Positions 57,218 to 57,838 of a stretch of 57,838 bases of DNA are shown here, one piece after another (position 1 is the stretch's first letter; each line of letters begins with the position of its first letter). Source of the DNA: a bacterium. Its GTDB lineage: Bacteria; Patescibacteriota; Minisyncoccia; Phycocordibacterales; Zambryskibacteraceae. The DNA is taken from positions 1-57,838 of the forward strand of contig JAUSDP010000070.1 of the NCBI GenBank assembly GCA_030650605.1. The letters are read 5' to 3'. Below the pieces are notes generated by a model that had not been told where the DNA came from, ran no database searches, and saw only the letters and a program-made list of their open reading frames with translations. Both the position numbers and the translations under genes were made by a program.

Positions 57218-57838
57218 TTAATTTAAAAAGCCTTTTTTAATTTCAAATTTATTTTTCTTGCTATCTAATTCTACTTTTACGCCAATTGGAATGATTATCA
57301 TTGGCGAGGTATGTCCAAAATCAGCATTAAATAATATTGGATAATTTGTTCCTTTTGTATAATTCATCGTAATTTCCCTTAGTTGATTGTATTTTTCCTT
57401 ATCATCTTTATAACCATAAGGTCTTCCAATTACAAGCCCTTTAATTTGTTTAAATACATCTGTATTAAATAAATCTGCAAAATAAGAGTCCACATCTGCA
57501 AGAGATAAATTTTCCCCAGGGTTATTTCCTTCTGGTAAATCTATAAAGAATATGTTATTTTTAAAATTGATTTCATATTCAGTCCCAAGGAGATGATTTA
57601 CGGAGGGTATCGCTCCACCGAATATTTCACCAATAGCATTTCCCTTTCTCCACCACTCATATCCAATATTTGGCAACATTTTTCTTGCCTGAGTGTAAAA
57701 TTTAGTATCAAACCAATTTAAAAATTCGTCCGTCCACTCTTTACTCGGTTTTATATTTCCAACCGCTCCTTCTATTAAAGTTTTATCAAAATAATTTTTT
57801 GTAAAAGGTAACATTTCTGGATATTCTCCAAATTCTGA
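57218..57838 (-). CDS. S66 peptidase (LD-carboxypeptidase/MccF family), 5' end outside window
   Basis: GEIFGG, GLVIGR, NADFGHTSP; frame open to the window edge. Confidence 0.85.
   Translation of the reverse strand, partial: SEFGEYPEMLPFTKNYFDKTLIEGAVGNIKPSKEWTDEFLNWFDTKFYTQARKMLPNIGYEWWRKGNAIGEIFGGAIPSVNHLLGTEYEINFKNNIFFIDLPEGNNPGENLSLADVDSYFADLFNTDVFKQIKGLVIGRPYGYKDDKEKYNQLREITMNYTKGTNYPILFNADFGHTSPMIIIPIGVKVELDSKKNKFEIKKGFLN

Noticed and set aside
1-57838. CRISPR array
   Set aside because: The repeats are dispersed hairpins with no regular repeat-spacer period, and no cas genes were seen.

Overview
About 58 kb of a small-genome bacterium. The gene content fits Patescibacteria/CPR, probably Parcubacteria (inference): split transketolase, fused PheRS-alpha/FDX-ACB, short EF-Ts and RF1, archaeal-type AspRS and class II RNR. 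TGA is used as a stop codon. The window is mostly housekeeping: pentose-phosphate and glycolysis genes, translation, dcw cell-wall genes, gyrB, dnaB, recR, scpAB and two tRNAs. Four things stand out. (1) At least six families of short GC-rich hairpin elements sit in-frame inside conserved proteins (Fba, MraZ, L21, TrpRS x2, AspRS, CysRS, AsnB x2 and others). Two of these families cluster around a solitary GIY-YIG nuclease that lies between a disrupted 5' copy of tRNA-Glu and the intact tRNA-Glu. (2) An HNH nuclease lies between tRNA-Thr(TGT) and an inverted half-tRNA-Thr(TGT). (3) Cargo insertions repeatedly leave partial-duplication scars: a transketolase N-terminal stub, and a twice-repeated unit of histidine-kinase tail plus arsR. 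(4) Core genes look leaderless, while five orphan mini-genes carry a full promoter, Shine-Dalgarno and terminator. All calls come from reading the sequence; no searches were run.
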